Shown: positions 1-9,418, counted from the first letter of the stretch. The stretch is DNA of 64,000 nt from Candidatus Eiseniibacteriota bacterium (GCA_044222065.1 JBGAOA010000002.1:83115-147114), one strand, 5' to 3'. A program made the numbers and translations. The notes: generated from the sequence alone by a model not told the origin.

Positions 1-1
1 C

Positions 2-658
2 GGCGCGCTCGCGATCGCCTCGTGCGATCCGATCGCGCTCGCGCTGCTCGAGCCGCCGGGGCACTCGGGGGCCGACATCGTCGTGGGCGAGGGGCAGTCG
101 CTCGGCAATCCGATCGGATTCGGCGGACCGTCGCTCGGCTTCTTCGCGTGCAAGAGCGCGCTCGTCCGGCGCATGCCGGGCCGCATCGTCGCCGAGACCG
201 TCGATCGCGACGGCGAACGGGGCTTCGTGCTCACGCTGCAGACGCGGGAGCAGCACATCCGGCGCGAGAAGGCGACGTCGAACATCTGCACGAACCAGGG
301 GCTGCTCGCGCTCCGCTCGACGGTCTTCATGGGGCTCCTCGGGCGGCAGGGCATGCGCGAACTCGCCGAGCTGTGCGTCCAGAAGTCGCATCACGCCGCG
401 ACGCTCGCGGCGCGAATCCCGGGATACCGGCTCGTTCACGGCGGCCCGTTCTTCCGCGAGTTCGTGCTCGAGTGCCCGGTCGAGGCGTGGACCGTCGCGC
501 GCGAAGCGCTCGCCGACGGCATCCTGGCCGGGGTGTACCTCGGCCGCTTCCGGCCGGAATGGAAGCGCTGGCTGCTCGTCGCCGTGACCGAACAGCGCAG
601 CATCGAAGAGATCGAGCGCTGGGCCGCGGCCCTGCGCCGCGCGGGAGGCGGACGATGA
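2..658 (+). CDS. gcvPA: Glycine dehydrogenase (decarboxylating) subunit 1, C-terminal part (5' truncated by the window edge)
   Basis: Frame is open from base 2 (GALAIASCDPIALALLEPPG..GADIVVGEGQSLG). Motifs FGGPSLGFFA and LQTREQHIRREKATSNICTNQ. Stop overlaps the gcvPB ATG (ATGA). Confidence 0.95.
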   Translation, partial: GALAIASCDPIALALLEPPGHSGADIVVGEGQSLGNPIGFGGPSLGFFACKSALVRRMPGRIVAETVDRDGERGFVLTLQTREQHIRREKATSNICTNQGLLALRSTVFMGLLGRQGMRELAELCVQKSHHAATLAARIPGYRLVHGGPFFREFVLECPVEAWTVAREALADGILAGVYLGRFRPEWKRWLLVAVTEQRSIEEIERWAAALRRAGGGR

Positions 659-2160
659 AGCTCGAACGCCGGCTGCTGATCGAACAGGGCGGCGAGGGCC
701 ACCGCGGTCCCGAACTGCCGCCGTGCGACGTGCCGCAGCGCCCGCTCGCGGAACTGCTGCCGGGCGCGAAGCTGCGCGAGTCGCTCGCGTTCCCCGAGGT
801 GAGCGAGCCCGAGGTCGTGCGCCACTTCCTCGAGCTTTCGACGTTGAATCACCACGTGGACAAGGGCTTCTACCCGCTCGGCTCGTGCACGATGAAGCAC
901 AATCCGAAGATCAACGACGAGATCGCATCGCTGCCCGGGTTCGCGCTTGCGCACCCGCTCGCGAGTGACGACGTGAGCCAGGGCGCGCTGCGCGTGATCT
1001 GGGAGCTGCAGAACGCGCTCGCCGCGATCACCGGTTTCGCCGCCGTGACGGCGCAGCCCGCCGCGGGCGCGCACGGCGAGATGACGGGGCTCATGCTGAT
1101 CCGCGCGTGGCACCGCTCGCGCGGCGAGGGGGAGAAGCGCCGCCGCGTGCTCGTGCCCGATTCGGCGCACGGCACGAACCCGGCGAGCGTGAACCTGCTC
1201 GGCTGGGAGACGCAGACGGTCGCTTCCGACGAGCACGGCCACGTGAACCTGGACGCGCTCGAGCGTGCGCTCGACGACACGGTCGCCGCCGTCATGTTCA
1301 CGGTGCCGAACACGCTCGGCGTGTTCGAGCGCGAGATCGTGGACGTGACCCGGCTCGCGCACGCGGCCGGCGCGCAGTGCTACATGGACGGCGCGAACCT
1401 GAACGCGCTCGTCGGCCTGCTGCGGCCGGGCGACCTCGGCTTCGACGTCATGCACATCAACGTGCACAAGACGTTCTCGACTCCGCACGGCGGCGGCGGG
1501 CCCGGCGCCGGACCGGTCGCGGTCGCGAAGCACCTCGAGCCGTTCCTGCCGATCCCGGTCGTCGAGGAGTCCGGCGGTCTGCTGCGCCGCGTCTGGGACC
1601 GCGAGCGTTCGATCGGACGCGTGCACGGATGGCACGGCAACTTCGGCATCCTCGTGCGCGCGCTCGCCTACATCCTGTCGAACGGCGCGCCGGGGCTCGC
1701 GAACGTGAGCCGCACGGCGATCCTGAACGCGAACTACCTCATGCGGCGCCTCGCCGGGACTTACGAACTCCCGCACGCCGAACACTGCATGCACGAGTGC
1801 GTGCTGTCCGGGCGGCCGCTCAAGAAGCACGGCATCAAGACGCTCGACGTGGCGAAGCGGCTGCTCGACTTCGGCGTCCACGCGCCGACGGTGTACTTCC
1901 CGCTCATCGTGGAAGAGGCGCTCATGATCGAGCCGACCGAGACGGAGACGCTGGATCGGCTGGACCACTTCGCCGAGACGATGGAGCAGATCGCGCGCGA
2001 GGCCGCCGAGAATCCCCAGCTCCTCAAGGACGCGCCGCACACGACGCCGAACCGCCGGCTCGACGAGGGCCGCGCGGCGCGCGAGCTCAAGCTCCGCTGG
2101 AGCGCGGACGCCGCGCGCCCGAGCGGCAGCGCCGCGAACGCGGAACCGACGCTGAAGTGA
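655..2160 (+). CDS. gcvPB: Glycine dehydrogenase (decarboxylating) subunit 2
   Basis: ATG at 655 within ORF 22..2160. Motifs FYPLGSCTMKHNP, QPAAGAHGE, PDSAHGTNPAS, PLP-lysine motif HINVHKTFSTPHGGGGPG, MIEPTETE. Confidence 0.97.
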   Translation: MKLERRLLIEQGGEGHRGPELPPCDVPQRPLAELLPGAKLRESLAFPEVSEPEVVRHFLELSTLNHHVDKGFYPLGSCTMKHNPKINDEIASLPGFALAHPLASDDVSQGALRVIWELQNALAAITGFAAVTAQPAAGAHGEMTGLMLIRAWHRSRGEGEKRRRVLVPDSAHGTNPASVNLLGWETQTVASDEHGHVNLDALERALDDTVAAVMFTVPNTLGVFEREIVDVTRLAHAAGAQCYMDGANLNALVGLLRPGDLGFDVMHINVHKTFSTPHGGGGPGAGPVAVAKHLEPFLPIPVVEESGGLLRRVWDRERSIGRVHGWHGNFGILVRALAYILSNGAPGLANVSRTAILNANYLMRRLAGTYELPHAEHCMHECVLSGRPLKKHGIKTLDVAKRLLDFGVHAPTVYFPLIVEEALMIEPTETETLDRLDHFAETMEQIAREAAENPQLLKDAPHTTPNRRLDEGRAARELKLRWSADAARPSGSAANAEPTLK

Positions 2161-2609
2161 AGGGCCCGGAAGTGGACGCCGGCGCAACCGGGGCCGACGC
2201 CGCTCTCGAGTGGCGCGTCGTGCCGTGGCGCGAGCGCCCCGCGCGCGCCGCCGTCGGCGTGCTGCTCGCGGCCGGGTTGTGCGCGGCGGTCGCGTCGCAG
2301 CGGCTCGGATTCGTGCCGACGCTCGCGCTCTCCGTCGCGTCGGTCGCCGCCGTCGCGCCGCTGTTCGCTTCCGCGCGCTGCCGGATCGACGGCGACGGGC
2401 CGGGCCGGCGCGGCGCGCTCGGCTGGGAGCGGCGCCGGTGGACGGACGTGCGCCGCGCGCGGCTCACCGCGCGCGCGCTCGTGCTCTCGCCCTACGCGCG
2501 CCCCCACTGGCTCGACGCCTACCGCGCGCTCGTGCTGCCGCTGCCCGCCGGCGCCGACGCGGGCTGGCGCGACCGGCTGCGCGCGACGCTGGAGCGACAT
2601 GGCCTCTGA
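2157..2609 (+). CDS. Hypothetical membrane protein (two TM helices plus a short soluble domain)
   Basis: GTG overlaps the gcvPB stop (GTGA). C-terminal part of ORF 1107..2609, with hydrophobic segments AAVGVLLAAGLCAAV and FVPTLALSVASVAAVAPLF. Confidence 0.7.
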   Translation: MKGPEVDAGATGADAALEWRVVPWRERPARAAVGVLLAAGLCAAVASQRLGFVPTLALSVASVAAVAPLFASARCRIDGDGPGRRGALGWERRRWTDVRRARLTARALVLSPYARPHWLDAYRALVLPLPAGADAGWRDRLRATLERHGL

Positions 2610-2908
2610 CGCACGGACGCTCGCGGCCGACGACCGCGCGCTGATCGAGCGCGTGGCTGCCCGGATCGCGGAGCTGCGCCTCGAGGTGCCGGCGCTCCTC
2701 ACGATCGAGAGCGGGCGCCCGCTGTCGCTGCTCGCGAGCCAGACGATGCTGTTCTTCGAGCCGATCGTGCTCGCGCTGCTCCGGCTCGACTACCGCTTCG
2801 CGCGCCTCGTCGAGGACCGTGGCGCGCTCGAGGCGCTGTCGTGCGCGATCGAGGCCGCCGTCGAGGCGCGAGGCGGCGCGGCGCGCCGCGCGGGGGGGAC
2901 GGGCGTGA
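2599..2908 (+). CDS. Small hypothetical protein (about 100 aa), read in-frame with the GlmL-like gene as assembled
   Basis: MASDARTL...LIERVAARIAELRLEVPALLTIESGRPLSLLASQTMLFFEP. A G7 run (2892-2898) precedes GTGA at 2905-2908; one G fewer would stop this ORF at 2908. Confidence 0.6.
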
Positions 2909-4716
2909 GCCTCGATCCGAACGCGATCCGCTCGATCCTCGCGACCGACTGCGGCTCGACGACGACCAAGGCGATCCTGATCGAGCGCGGCGACGACGGT
3001 TACCGTCTCGTCGTACGCGGCGAGGCGCCCACGACGGTCGAGGCCCCGCACGAGGACGTGACGCGCGGCGTGCTCAATGCGATTCGCGAGATCGAGGAGC
3101 TGGCGGGGCGGCGGATCCTCGACGGTGAGCGCATCGTGTCGCCCGCGAACGGCGACGTGGGCGTGGACCTGTACCTCTCGACCTCGAGCGCGGGCGGCGG
3201 GCTCCAGATGATGGTGTCGGGCCTCGTGCTGCAGATGACCGGCGAGAGCGCGCAGCGTGCCGCGCTCGGCGCCGGCGCGATCGTGATGGACGTGATCGCC
3301 CTCAACGACGGCCGTCGGCCGCACGAGAAGATCCGCCGGCTGCGGCAGCTGCGTCCCGACATGATTCTCATGTCCGGCGGCACGGACGGCGGCGACGTGA
3401 AGCGCGTGGCCGAGATGGCCGAACTGCTCGTGGCCGCCGATCCGCGCGCCCGGCTCGGCGCCGGCTACGAGATGCCCCTGATCTACGCGGGCAACCGCGA
3501 CGCCGCGCCGGTCGTGAGCGACAATCTCGCGCGCCGGACGGCGCTCAGCGTCGTGCCGAACCTGCGGCCGTCGCTCGAGCGCGAGAACCTGAAGCCCGCG
3601 CGCGACGCGATCCACGACCTCTTCATGGAGCACGTGATGGCGCACGCGCCGGGCTACCGGCGGCTGCGCGAGTGGTCGCCCGTGCCGATCATGCCGACGC
3701 CGGGCGCGGTCGGCCTGCTGATCGAGAAGGTCGCGCGGCGCGACGGCCTCGCGGTCGTCGGCGTGGACATCGGCGGCGCGACGACGGACGTGTTCTCGGT
3801 GTTCCAGGGCGTGTTCAACCGCACGGTGTCCGCGAACCTCGGAATGAGCTACTCGGTGTCGAACGTCATGGCGGAGGCCGGCATCGAGAACATCCTGCGC
3901 TGGGTGCCGTTCGCCGTGGACGAGGCGGAACTGCGGAACCGGATCAAGAACAAGATGATCCGCCCGACGACGATCCCGCACACGCTCGAGGACCTCGTGA
4001 TCGAGCAGGCGATCTCGCGCGAGGCGCTGCGACTCGCGCTCGAACAGCACAAGGCGCTCGCGGTCGGGCTCAAGGGCGTGCAGACCGAGCGCACGATCTC
4101 GGACATCGTGGCGCAGGAAGAGAGCGGCGCCTCGCTCGTGAACCTGCTCGACCTCGGGCTCGTCGTGGGTTCGGGCGGCGTGCTGTCGCACGCCCCGCGG
4201 CGGGCGCAGGCCGCGGCGATGATGGTGGACGCGTTCCTGCCCGAGGGGCTGACGCAGCTCGCCGTGGACAGCATCTTCATGATGCCGCAGCTCGGCGTGC
4301 TCTCGACCGTGCACGAGGAGGCGGCGGCGCAGGTGTTCGAGAAGGACTGCCTGATCCGGCTGGGCGCCGTGCTCGCGCCGATCGGGACGTCGCGACCCGG
4401 CCAGCCGTGCGTGTCGGTCGAGGTCGCCGTGCCGGGGCACGTCGCGACCGAACGCAAGGTCGCGTTCGGCGAGATGGCGCTGCTGCCGCTGCCGCCGACC
4501 GGCACCGCGCGCGTCACCGCCGTGCCCGACCGCGCGTTCGACCTCGGTCTCGGGCGCGGTCGCCCGCTCACGGCCGACGTTCCGGGCGGCGTCGTCGGCC
4601 TGATCGTGGACGCCCGCGGCCGCCGGCCGTTCACGCTCCCGGACGCGCCCGCCGCGCGGATCGCGAAGCTGCGCGAGTGGAATCGCGCGCTCGGCCTCTA
4701 CCCGCGGGAGGTGTGA
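2905..4716 (+). CDS. glmL: GlmL/MutL(glutamate mutase L)-family ASKHA (actin-fold) ATPase-like protein
   Basis: Two phosphate motifs ATDCGSTTTKA and GVDIGGATTDVFS, plus TSSAGGGLQM, SAQRAALGAGA, PDMILMSGGTDGG, IMPTPGAV and VGSGGVLSHAP. Confidence 0.85.
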   Translation: MSLDPNAIRSILATDCGSTTTKAILIERGDDGYRLVVRGEAPTTVEAPHEDVTRGVLNAIREIEELAGRRILDGERIVSPANGDVGVDLYLSTSSAGGGLQMMVSGLVLQMTGESAQRAALGAGAIVMDVIALNDGRRPHEKIRRLRQLRPDMILMSGGTDGGDVKRVAEMAELLVAADPRARLGAGYEMPLIYAGNRDAAPVVSDNLARRTALSVVPNLRPSLERENLKPARDAIHDLFMEHVMAHAPGYRRLREWSPVPIMPTPGAVGLLIEKVARRDGLAVVGVDIGGATTDVFSVFQGVFNRTVSANLGMSYSVSNVMAEAGIENILRWVPFAVDEAELRNRIKNKMIRPTTIPHTLEDLVIEQAISREALRLALEQHKALAVGLKGVQTERTISDIVAQEESGASLVNLLDLGLVVGSGGVLSHAPRRAQAAAMMVDAFLPEGLTQLAVDSIFMMPQLGVLSTVHEEAAAQVFEKDCLIRLGAVLAPIGTSRPGQPCVSVEVAVPGHVATERKVAFGEMALLPLPPTGTARVTAVPDRAFDLGLGRGRPLTADVPGGVVGLIVDARGRRPFTLPDAPAARIAKLREWNRALGLYPREV

Positions 4717-4717
4717 C

Positions 4718-5842
4718 GTGTCCGCCACCTACACGCCGGGCCTGCGCGTCACCGCCTCCGCACTCCTGCGTCGCGAGCGGCGGCTGCCGCTCAAGGGCGA
4801 AGTCCTCGTGAGCGCGGGGCAGGGCGTCGAGGCCGGAACGGTCGTCGCGCGCACCGACCTGCCGGGCAACGTGCAGACGGTGAACCTCGCGTCGCGGTTG
4901 TCGCTGGATCCGGCACGCGTCGAGAGCGCGCTCACGAAGCGCGTCGGCGAGTCGGTGCGGAAGGGCGAGACGCTCGCGGAGTCGAAGAGCCTGTTCGGGC
5001 TCGTCAAGAACTCGGTCGCCGCTCCCGCGGACGGCGTCATCGAGAGCGCCTCGCACGTCACGGGGCAGCTGATCCTGCGCGAGCCGCCGATCCCGGTCGA
5101 GGTCAACGCCTACGTGCGCGGCGTCGTCGTCGAGGTGCTGCCCGGGGAAGGCGTCGTCGTCGAGACGCACGGCGCGTTCCTGCAGGGAATCTTCGGCGTG
5201 GGCGGCGAGGCGTGCGGCCCGGTGAAGATCGCGGTGGACGATCCCGGGACCGATCTCACCCCCGACCGCATCACCGGCGAGCACCGCGGCGCCGTCGTCG
5301 TCGGCGGCGCGAAGATCTCGTTCGACGCGATCGCACGCGCGCGCGACGTCGGCGCGGCCGCGATCGTCGCCGGCGGACTCGACGATGCCGATCTCAAGCG
5401 GCTGCTCGGCCGCGACCTCGGCGTCGCGATCACCGGGTCCGAGGACCTGGGCGTGACCGTGATCGTCACCGAGGGCTTCGGCCGCATCCCGATGGCGGCC
5501 CGCGCCTGGAAGCTGCTGCGCGGCTGCGAGGGCCGCGACGCGTCCGTGAGCGGCGCGACGCAGATCCGAGCGGGCGTGATGCGCCCCGAGCTCGTGATTC
5601 CGGATCCGGCCACGAGCGCGCCCTCGGGCGAGACGGACGCGATCCCGGGCCTCGCGATCGGCGCCCAGCTGCGCGTCATCCGCGAGCCGTACTTCGGGCG
5701 AATCGGCACGGTCGTCGCGCTGCCGGCGGAGCTCCAGCCGCTCGAGACGGAGGCGCACGTGCGCGTGCTCGTGGTGGAGTTCGCCGACGGCGGCGGCCGC
5801 GTCGTCGTGCCGCGGGCGAACGTCGAACTCATCTCGTCGTGA
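4718..5842 (+). CDS. Conserved hypothetical protein with barrel-sandwich-hybrid (biotinyl/lipoyl-like) segments and a C-terminal KOW/SH3-like region
   Basis: Segments GEVLVSAGQGVEAGTVVA and VGESVRKGETLAESKS...VAAPADGVIE; C-terminus IGAQLRVIREPYFGRIGTVV...VVVPRANVELI. Starts 1 nt after the previous stop. Confidence 0.8.
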   Translation: MSATYTPGLRVTASALLRRERRLPLKGEVLVSAGQGVEAGTVVARTDLPGNVQTVNLASRLSLDPARVESALTKRVGESVRKGETLAESKSLFGLVKNSVAAPADGVIESASHVTGQLILREPPIPVEVNAYVRGVVVEVLPGEGVVVETHGAFLQGIFGVGGEACGPVKIAVDDPGTDLTPDRITGEHRGAVVVGGAKISFDAIARARDVGAAAIVAGGLDDADLKRLLGRDLGVAITGSEDLGVTVIVTEGFGRIPMAARAWKLLRGCEGRDASVSGATQIRAGVMRPELVIPDPATSAPSGETDAIPGLAIGAQLRVIREPYFGRIGTVVALPAELQPLETEAHVRVLVVEFADGGGRVVVPRANVELISS

Positions 5843-5865
5843 GCGCCGCGGCGGACGCATTGTCG

Positions 5866-5895
5866 TTGACTTCGATTCCGAGCGGTTGCTAGCTT
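5866..5895 (+). promoter_or_regulatory. Sigma70-type promoter TTGACT-N18-TAGCTT with extended TG
   Basis: TTGACT at 5866-5871, TG at 5887-5888, TAGCTT at 5890-5895, in the only sizeable gap of this gene block. Confidence 0.6.
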
Positions 5896-5969
5896 CGCCG
5901 CGATTCGCGCGGTCGCAAAGGAGTGCGGACGGGGCCTCGGCCCCGGAAAGTGAGGTGCCGTTGCGAGGG

Positions 5970-7199
5970 ATGGCGACGCGAAGGCCCGTCGGCCGCTGCA
6001 TCCTCGCCGTGCTCGCGGCCGTCGTCGCGACGTGCGCCGCGGGTCCCGTCGGCGCCGAGGAGGCCCCGCCCGACGGCGGTGCGTTCTCTCCCGCACCCGC
6101 GGTCGCCGATACGACCCCCGCCGCTCCGCGCCCGGCCTCGGGACTCGTCGCGACCGACGTGCCGAACGACGCAGGCCGCGGCATCGCGCTGCGCTGGCGG
6201 CTCTCGCCGGACGACTCGCTCGGGCTGGTCGTGCGCTACGACGTCGAGCGCTCGGAGGCGCCGAGCGGCCCGTGGGCGCTCGTGGACTCGGTGGACGCCG
6301 GCGCGAACGAGCGCGTGGACCAGTCGGTGCGGCGGAACACGGAGTACTTCTATCGCATCACGACGATCGGTCCCGGCGGGCGCGCGCCCGGACGCAGCGT
6401 GACTGGGCCCGTTCGCGCGCGCTCGTCCTGGATCAACACGACGCGCTGGAGCGTTCTCGCCCTGATGGTCGCGTTCTTCGCCTTCGTCCTCTACTACATC
6501 GCGAGCGCCCAGGCGGGGAAGAAGCCGTTCGTGCGGCGCATTCCCGGAGTGGACGCGATCGAGGAGGCGATCGGGCGCGCGACCGAGATGGGGCGCCCGG
6601 TGCTCTACGTGCCGGGCATCCTCGACATCGACGACATCCAGACCGTCGCGGGCCTCGTCATCCTGGAGTCGGTCGCGCGGCTCACGGCCAAGTACGAGAC
6701 CCCGATCACCGTGCCCGTCAGCTACCCGATCCCGTTCACGATCGCCGAAGAGATGGTGAAGGGCGGCTACCTGCACGCGGGCCGTCCCGACGCGTATCCG
6801 GGCGACAGCGTACGCTTCGTCTCGCCGGAGCAGTTCGCGTACGTCGCCGCCGTCACGGGCATCATGCTGCGCGACCGTCCCGCCGCCCACATCTTCATGG
6901 GTGCGTTCTACGGCGAGTCCCTGATGCTCGCCGAGACCGGGTTCTCGACCGGCGCGATCCAGGTCGCGGGCACCGCGAACGTTCACCAGCTGCCGTTCTT
7001 CGTCGTGGCCTGCGACTACACGCTCATCGGCGAAGAGCTGTTCGCCGCGAGCGCGTACCTGTCGGGCGAGCCTAAGCTCGTCGGCGGCCTCAAGGGCGCC
7101 GACCTCATGAAGCTCGTCGTCATCGCCATCATCGTCATCGGCTGCATCCTCGAGACGCTGCACGTCCACGGTCTCACGACGTGGATGGCGACCCAGTAG
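5970..7199 (+). CDS. Signal peptide + fibronectin type III domain + DUF6754-type membrane domain protein
   Basis: Signal-like ILAVLAAVVATCAAG; FN3 signature (ATDVPNDAGRGIALRWRLS..YDVERS..EYFYRITTIG); TM helix; then RRIPGVDAIEEAIGRATEMGRPV...QLPFFVVACDYTLIGEELFAASAYLS. Family name is from recall. Confidence 0.8.
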   Translation: MATRRPVGRCILAVLAAVVATCAAGPVGAEEAPPDGGAFSPAPAVADTTPAAPRPASGLVATDVPNDAGRGIALRWRLSPDDSLGLVVRYDVERSEAPSGPWALVDSVDAGANERVDQSVRRNTEYFYRITTIGPGGRAPGRSVTGPVRARSSWINTTRWSVLALMVAFFAFVLYYIASAQAGKKPFVRRIPGVDAIEEAIGRATEMGRPVLYVPGILDIDDIQTVAGLVILESVARLTAKYETPITVPVSYPIPFTIAEEMVKGGYLHAGRPDAYPGDSVRFVSPEQFAYVAAVTGIMLRDRPAAHIFMGAFYGESLMLAETGFSTGAIQVAGTANVHQLPFFVVACDYTLIGEELFAASAYLSGEPKLVGGLKGADLMKLVVIAIIVIGCILETLHVHGLTTWMATQ

Positions 7200-7209
7200 G
7201 AGCGCGCGC

Positions 7210-7860
7210 GTGAAACGGGAAGTGCCGCTGTTCATCACCGCCGTGATCGGGCTGTTCATGATCCTGTCGTTCTTCGTGCCGCACGAGTGGGTGAGCGTGC
7301 CCGCGGACTTCCTGCAGCTGTGCGCGGTGATCGCGGTCGCGTTCGGCTACGTGCTCGGCGGCGCGAACGTGCTGCGCGTGAACTTCGACGGCATCTCGAA
7401 GCGCGAGCCCGGCTGGCCCTTCAAGCTCGTGCTCGTGCTCGCGCTCCTCACGACGGTCGCGGTCGGTGCGATGGAGGGCGAGGGGTTCCTGAATCCCGGC
7501 ACGCGCAGCAAGTGGATCTACGACAACGTCTATTCGCCGATGAGCGCGACGATGTTCGCGCTGCTCGCGTTCTTCATCGCCTCGGCCGCGTTCCGCGCGT
7601 TCCGCATCCGCACGCTCGAGGCCGGCTTCCTCGCCGCGGCCGCGCTGATCGTGATGCTGGGGCGCGTGCCGATCGGGAACGTCATGACGTCGTGGCTGCC
7701 CGAGCCGCTGCGGCTCCCCGTCGTGCAGGAGTGGATCATGGAGATCCCGCAGAACGCCTCGAAGCGCGCGATCCTCATGGGCGCGGCGCTCGGCGTCATG
7801 GCGACGGGGCTGCGCGTGATCCTCGGCATCGAGCGTTCCTACCTGAGCGGGGAGGACTGA
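7210..7860 (+). CDS. Conserved polytopic membrane protein (about 6 TM)
   Basis: Multiple hydrophobic helices; SATMFALLAFFIASAAFRAFR and LRVILGIER motifs; AGGAG SD upstream. Confidence 0.85.
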   Translation: MKREVPLFITAVIGLFMILSFFVPHEWVSVPADFLQLCAVIAVAFGYVLGGANVLRVNFDGISKREPGWPFKLVLVLALLTTVAVGAMEGEGFLNPGTRSKWIYDNVYSPMSATMFALLAFFIASAAFRAFRIRTLEAGFLAAAALIVMLGRVPIGNVMTSWLPEPLRLPVVQEWIMEIPQNASKRAILMGAALGVMATGLRVILGIERSYLSGED

Positions 7861-7861
7861 C

Positions 7862-8704
7862 GTGAAGCTGCTGCACTCGCTCGAGCGCGTGGACCGGCGC
7901 TGGCTGTTCCTGCTGATGGGACTGCTCGTACTGCTGCCGCTGCTCTTCCCGCTCAGCCTGCCGATCTTCGTCTCGCAGCCGACGCAGGGCTTCTACGACG
8001 CGATCGCGAAGATCCCCGACGGCTCCACGGTGCTGTTCTCGTGCGACTACGATCCCGGCTCGATCCCCGAGATGGTGCCGATGACGCGCTCGGCGCTGCG
8101 CCAGATGATGCGCAAACGCTGCAAGCTCGTCGTCACGGTGCTGTGGCCCGGCGGGCCGGGGCTCGTGGACCTCGTGATCCGCGACCTGCTCGCCGAGGAG
8201 TTCCCGGACCGGACGTACGGCGTGGACTGGGTGAACCTCGGCTACAAGTCGGGCAACGAGGCCGTGATGGTGCTCATGGGGCAGGGCATCGCGAACGCGT
8301 TCCCGAAGGACTACCGCGGCAACGACGTCAACGCGCTGCCGCTCATGCGCACGGTGCGCGACTACTCGAGCTTCCCGATCCTCGTGAACATCTCGTCGGG
8401 CTACCCGGGCACGAAGGAGTGGGTCCAGCAGGTGCAGGCGCGATTCCACCTGCCGATGGTCGCGGGCGTCACCGCCGTGAGCGCGCCGGAGTTCTATCCG
8501 TACCTCCAGTCGGGCCAGCTGCTCGGACTGCTCGGCGGCATGGCGGGCGCGGCCGAGTACGAGAAGCTCGTGGGCGACCTGCCCGGCCCCGGCACGGCGC
8601 AGCGCGGCATGGACGCGCAGTCGCTCGCGCACGTGTTCGTGGCGCTCTGCATCCTGCTCGGCAACGTCGTTCAGTGGTCGAGGCGGCGGGGGGCCGGCTC
8701 GTGA
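7862..8704 (+). CDS. Conserved membrane-anchored protein (TM, soluble alpha/beta domain, TM)
   Basis: DRRWLFLLMGLLVLLPLLFP; DYDPGSIPEM; YGVDWVNLGY; YPYLQSGQLLGLLGGMAGAAEY. Starts 1 nt after the upstream stop. Confidence 0.85.
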   Translation: MKLLHSLERVDRRWLFLLMGLLVLLPLLFPLSLPIFVSQPTQGFYDAIAKIPDGSTVLFSCDYDPGSIPEMVPMTRSALRQMMRKRCKLVVTVLWPGGPGLVDLVIRDLLAEEFPDRTYGVDWVNLGYKSGNEAVMVLMGQGIANAFPKDYRGNDVNALPLMRTVRDYSSFPILVNISSGYPGTKEWVQQVQARFHLPMVAGVTAVSAPEFYPYLQSGQLLGLLGGMAGAAEYEKLVGDLPGPGTAQRGMDAQSLAHVFVALCILLGNVVQWSRRRGAGS

Positions 8705-9387
8705 GTCTGCACGTCTCGGCCGACCTCGGCATCTGGTGCGGCGCGCTGCTGACGCTGTGCGTGTTCAGCTTCCTCTACAAGGACAATCCGCTCTACAAAT
8801 TCGCCGAGCACCTGTTCGTGGGCGTGTCGGCCGGCTACTACATCATCCTGAACTTCTGGACCGTGATCTGGCCGAACCTGCTGCAGCCGCTCGCAAGGTC
8901 GTTCGCGGGCCGCGGCGACACGGCGCGCACGGGCATGTTCGCCGCCGAACTCGGCGACTACCGCGGACTGCTGCTCGTGCCGGCGCTGCTCGGACTGCTG
9001 CTGCTCACGCGGCTGTTCGGGAAGATCGGGTGGCTCTCGCGCTGGTCGCTCGCCGTCATCATCGGCGTGTACGCCGGCATCAAGACGACGGGCTTCGCGC
9101 AGGGCGACTTCGTCGCGCAGCTGCAGGCGAGCCTGCAGCCGCTCTGGACCGGACAGCTCGGCTCGAGCGTGAGCGCGATCCTGTTCACGATCGGGCTCAT
9201 CACGTCGCTGCTGTTCTTCTTCTTCAGCCGCGAGCACCGGGGCGGCCTCGGCGTGCTGTCGCGCGTCGGCATGCTGTTCCTCATGGTGGGCTTCGGCGCG
9301 GGGTACGGCTACACCGTGATGTCGCGGGTGTCGCTGCTGATCGGCCGGTTCCAGTTCCTGATCGAGCAGTGGCTCGGCCTGCGCTGA
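8701..9387 (+). CDS. Conserved polytopic membrane protein
   Basis: GTG at 8701 overlaps the previous stop; GALLTLCVFSFLYKDNPLYKFAEHLFVGVSAGY ... GFGAGYGYTVMSRVSLLIGRFQFL. Confidence 0.85.
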   Translation: MSLHVSADLGIWCGALLTLCVFSFLYKDNPLYKFAEHLFVGVSAGYYIILNFWTVIWPNLLQPLARSFAGRGDTARTGMFAAELGDYRGLLLVPALLGLLLLTRLFGKIGWLSRWSLAVIIGVYAGIKTTGFAQGDFVAQLQASLQPLWTGQLGSSVSAILFTIGLITSLLFFFFSREHRGGLGVLSRVGMLFLMVGFGAGYGYTVMSRVSLLIGRFQFLIEQWLGLR

Positions 9388-9418
9388 GCGCGGGCGCCGT
9401 ACCGCCGGGGCGGACGCC

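Noticed and set aside
2905..4716. A second mismatch-repair MutL
   Set aside because: Name coincidence only: this is the glutamate-mutase-associated MutL/GlmL family with ASKHA motifs and no GHKL motifs. The true mutL is at 50216..52000.
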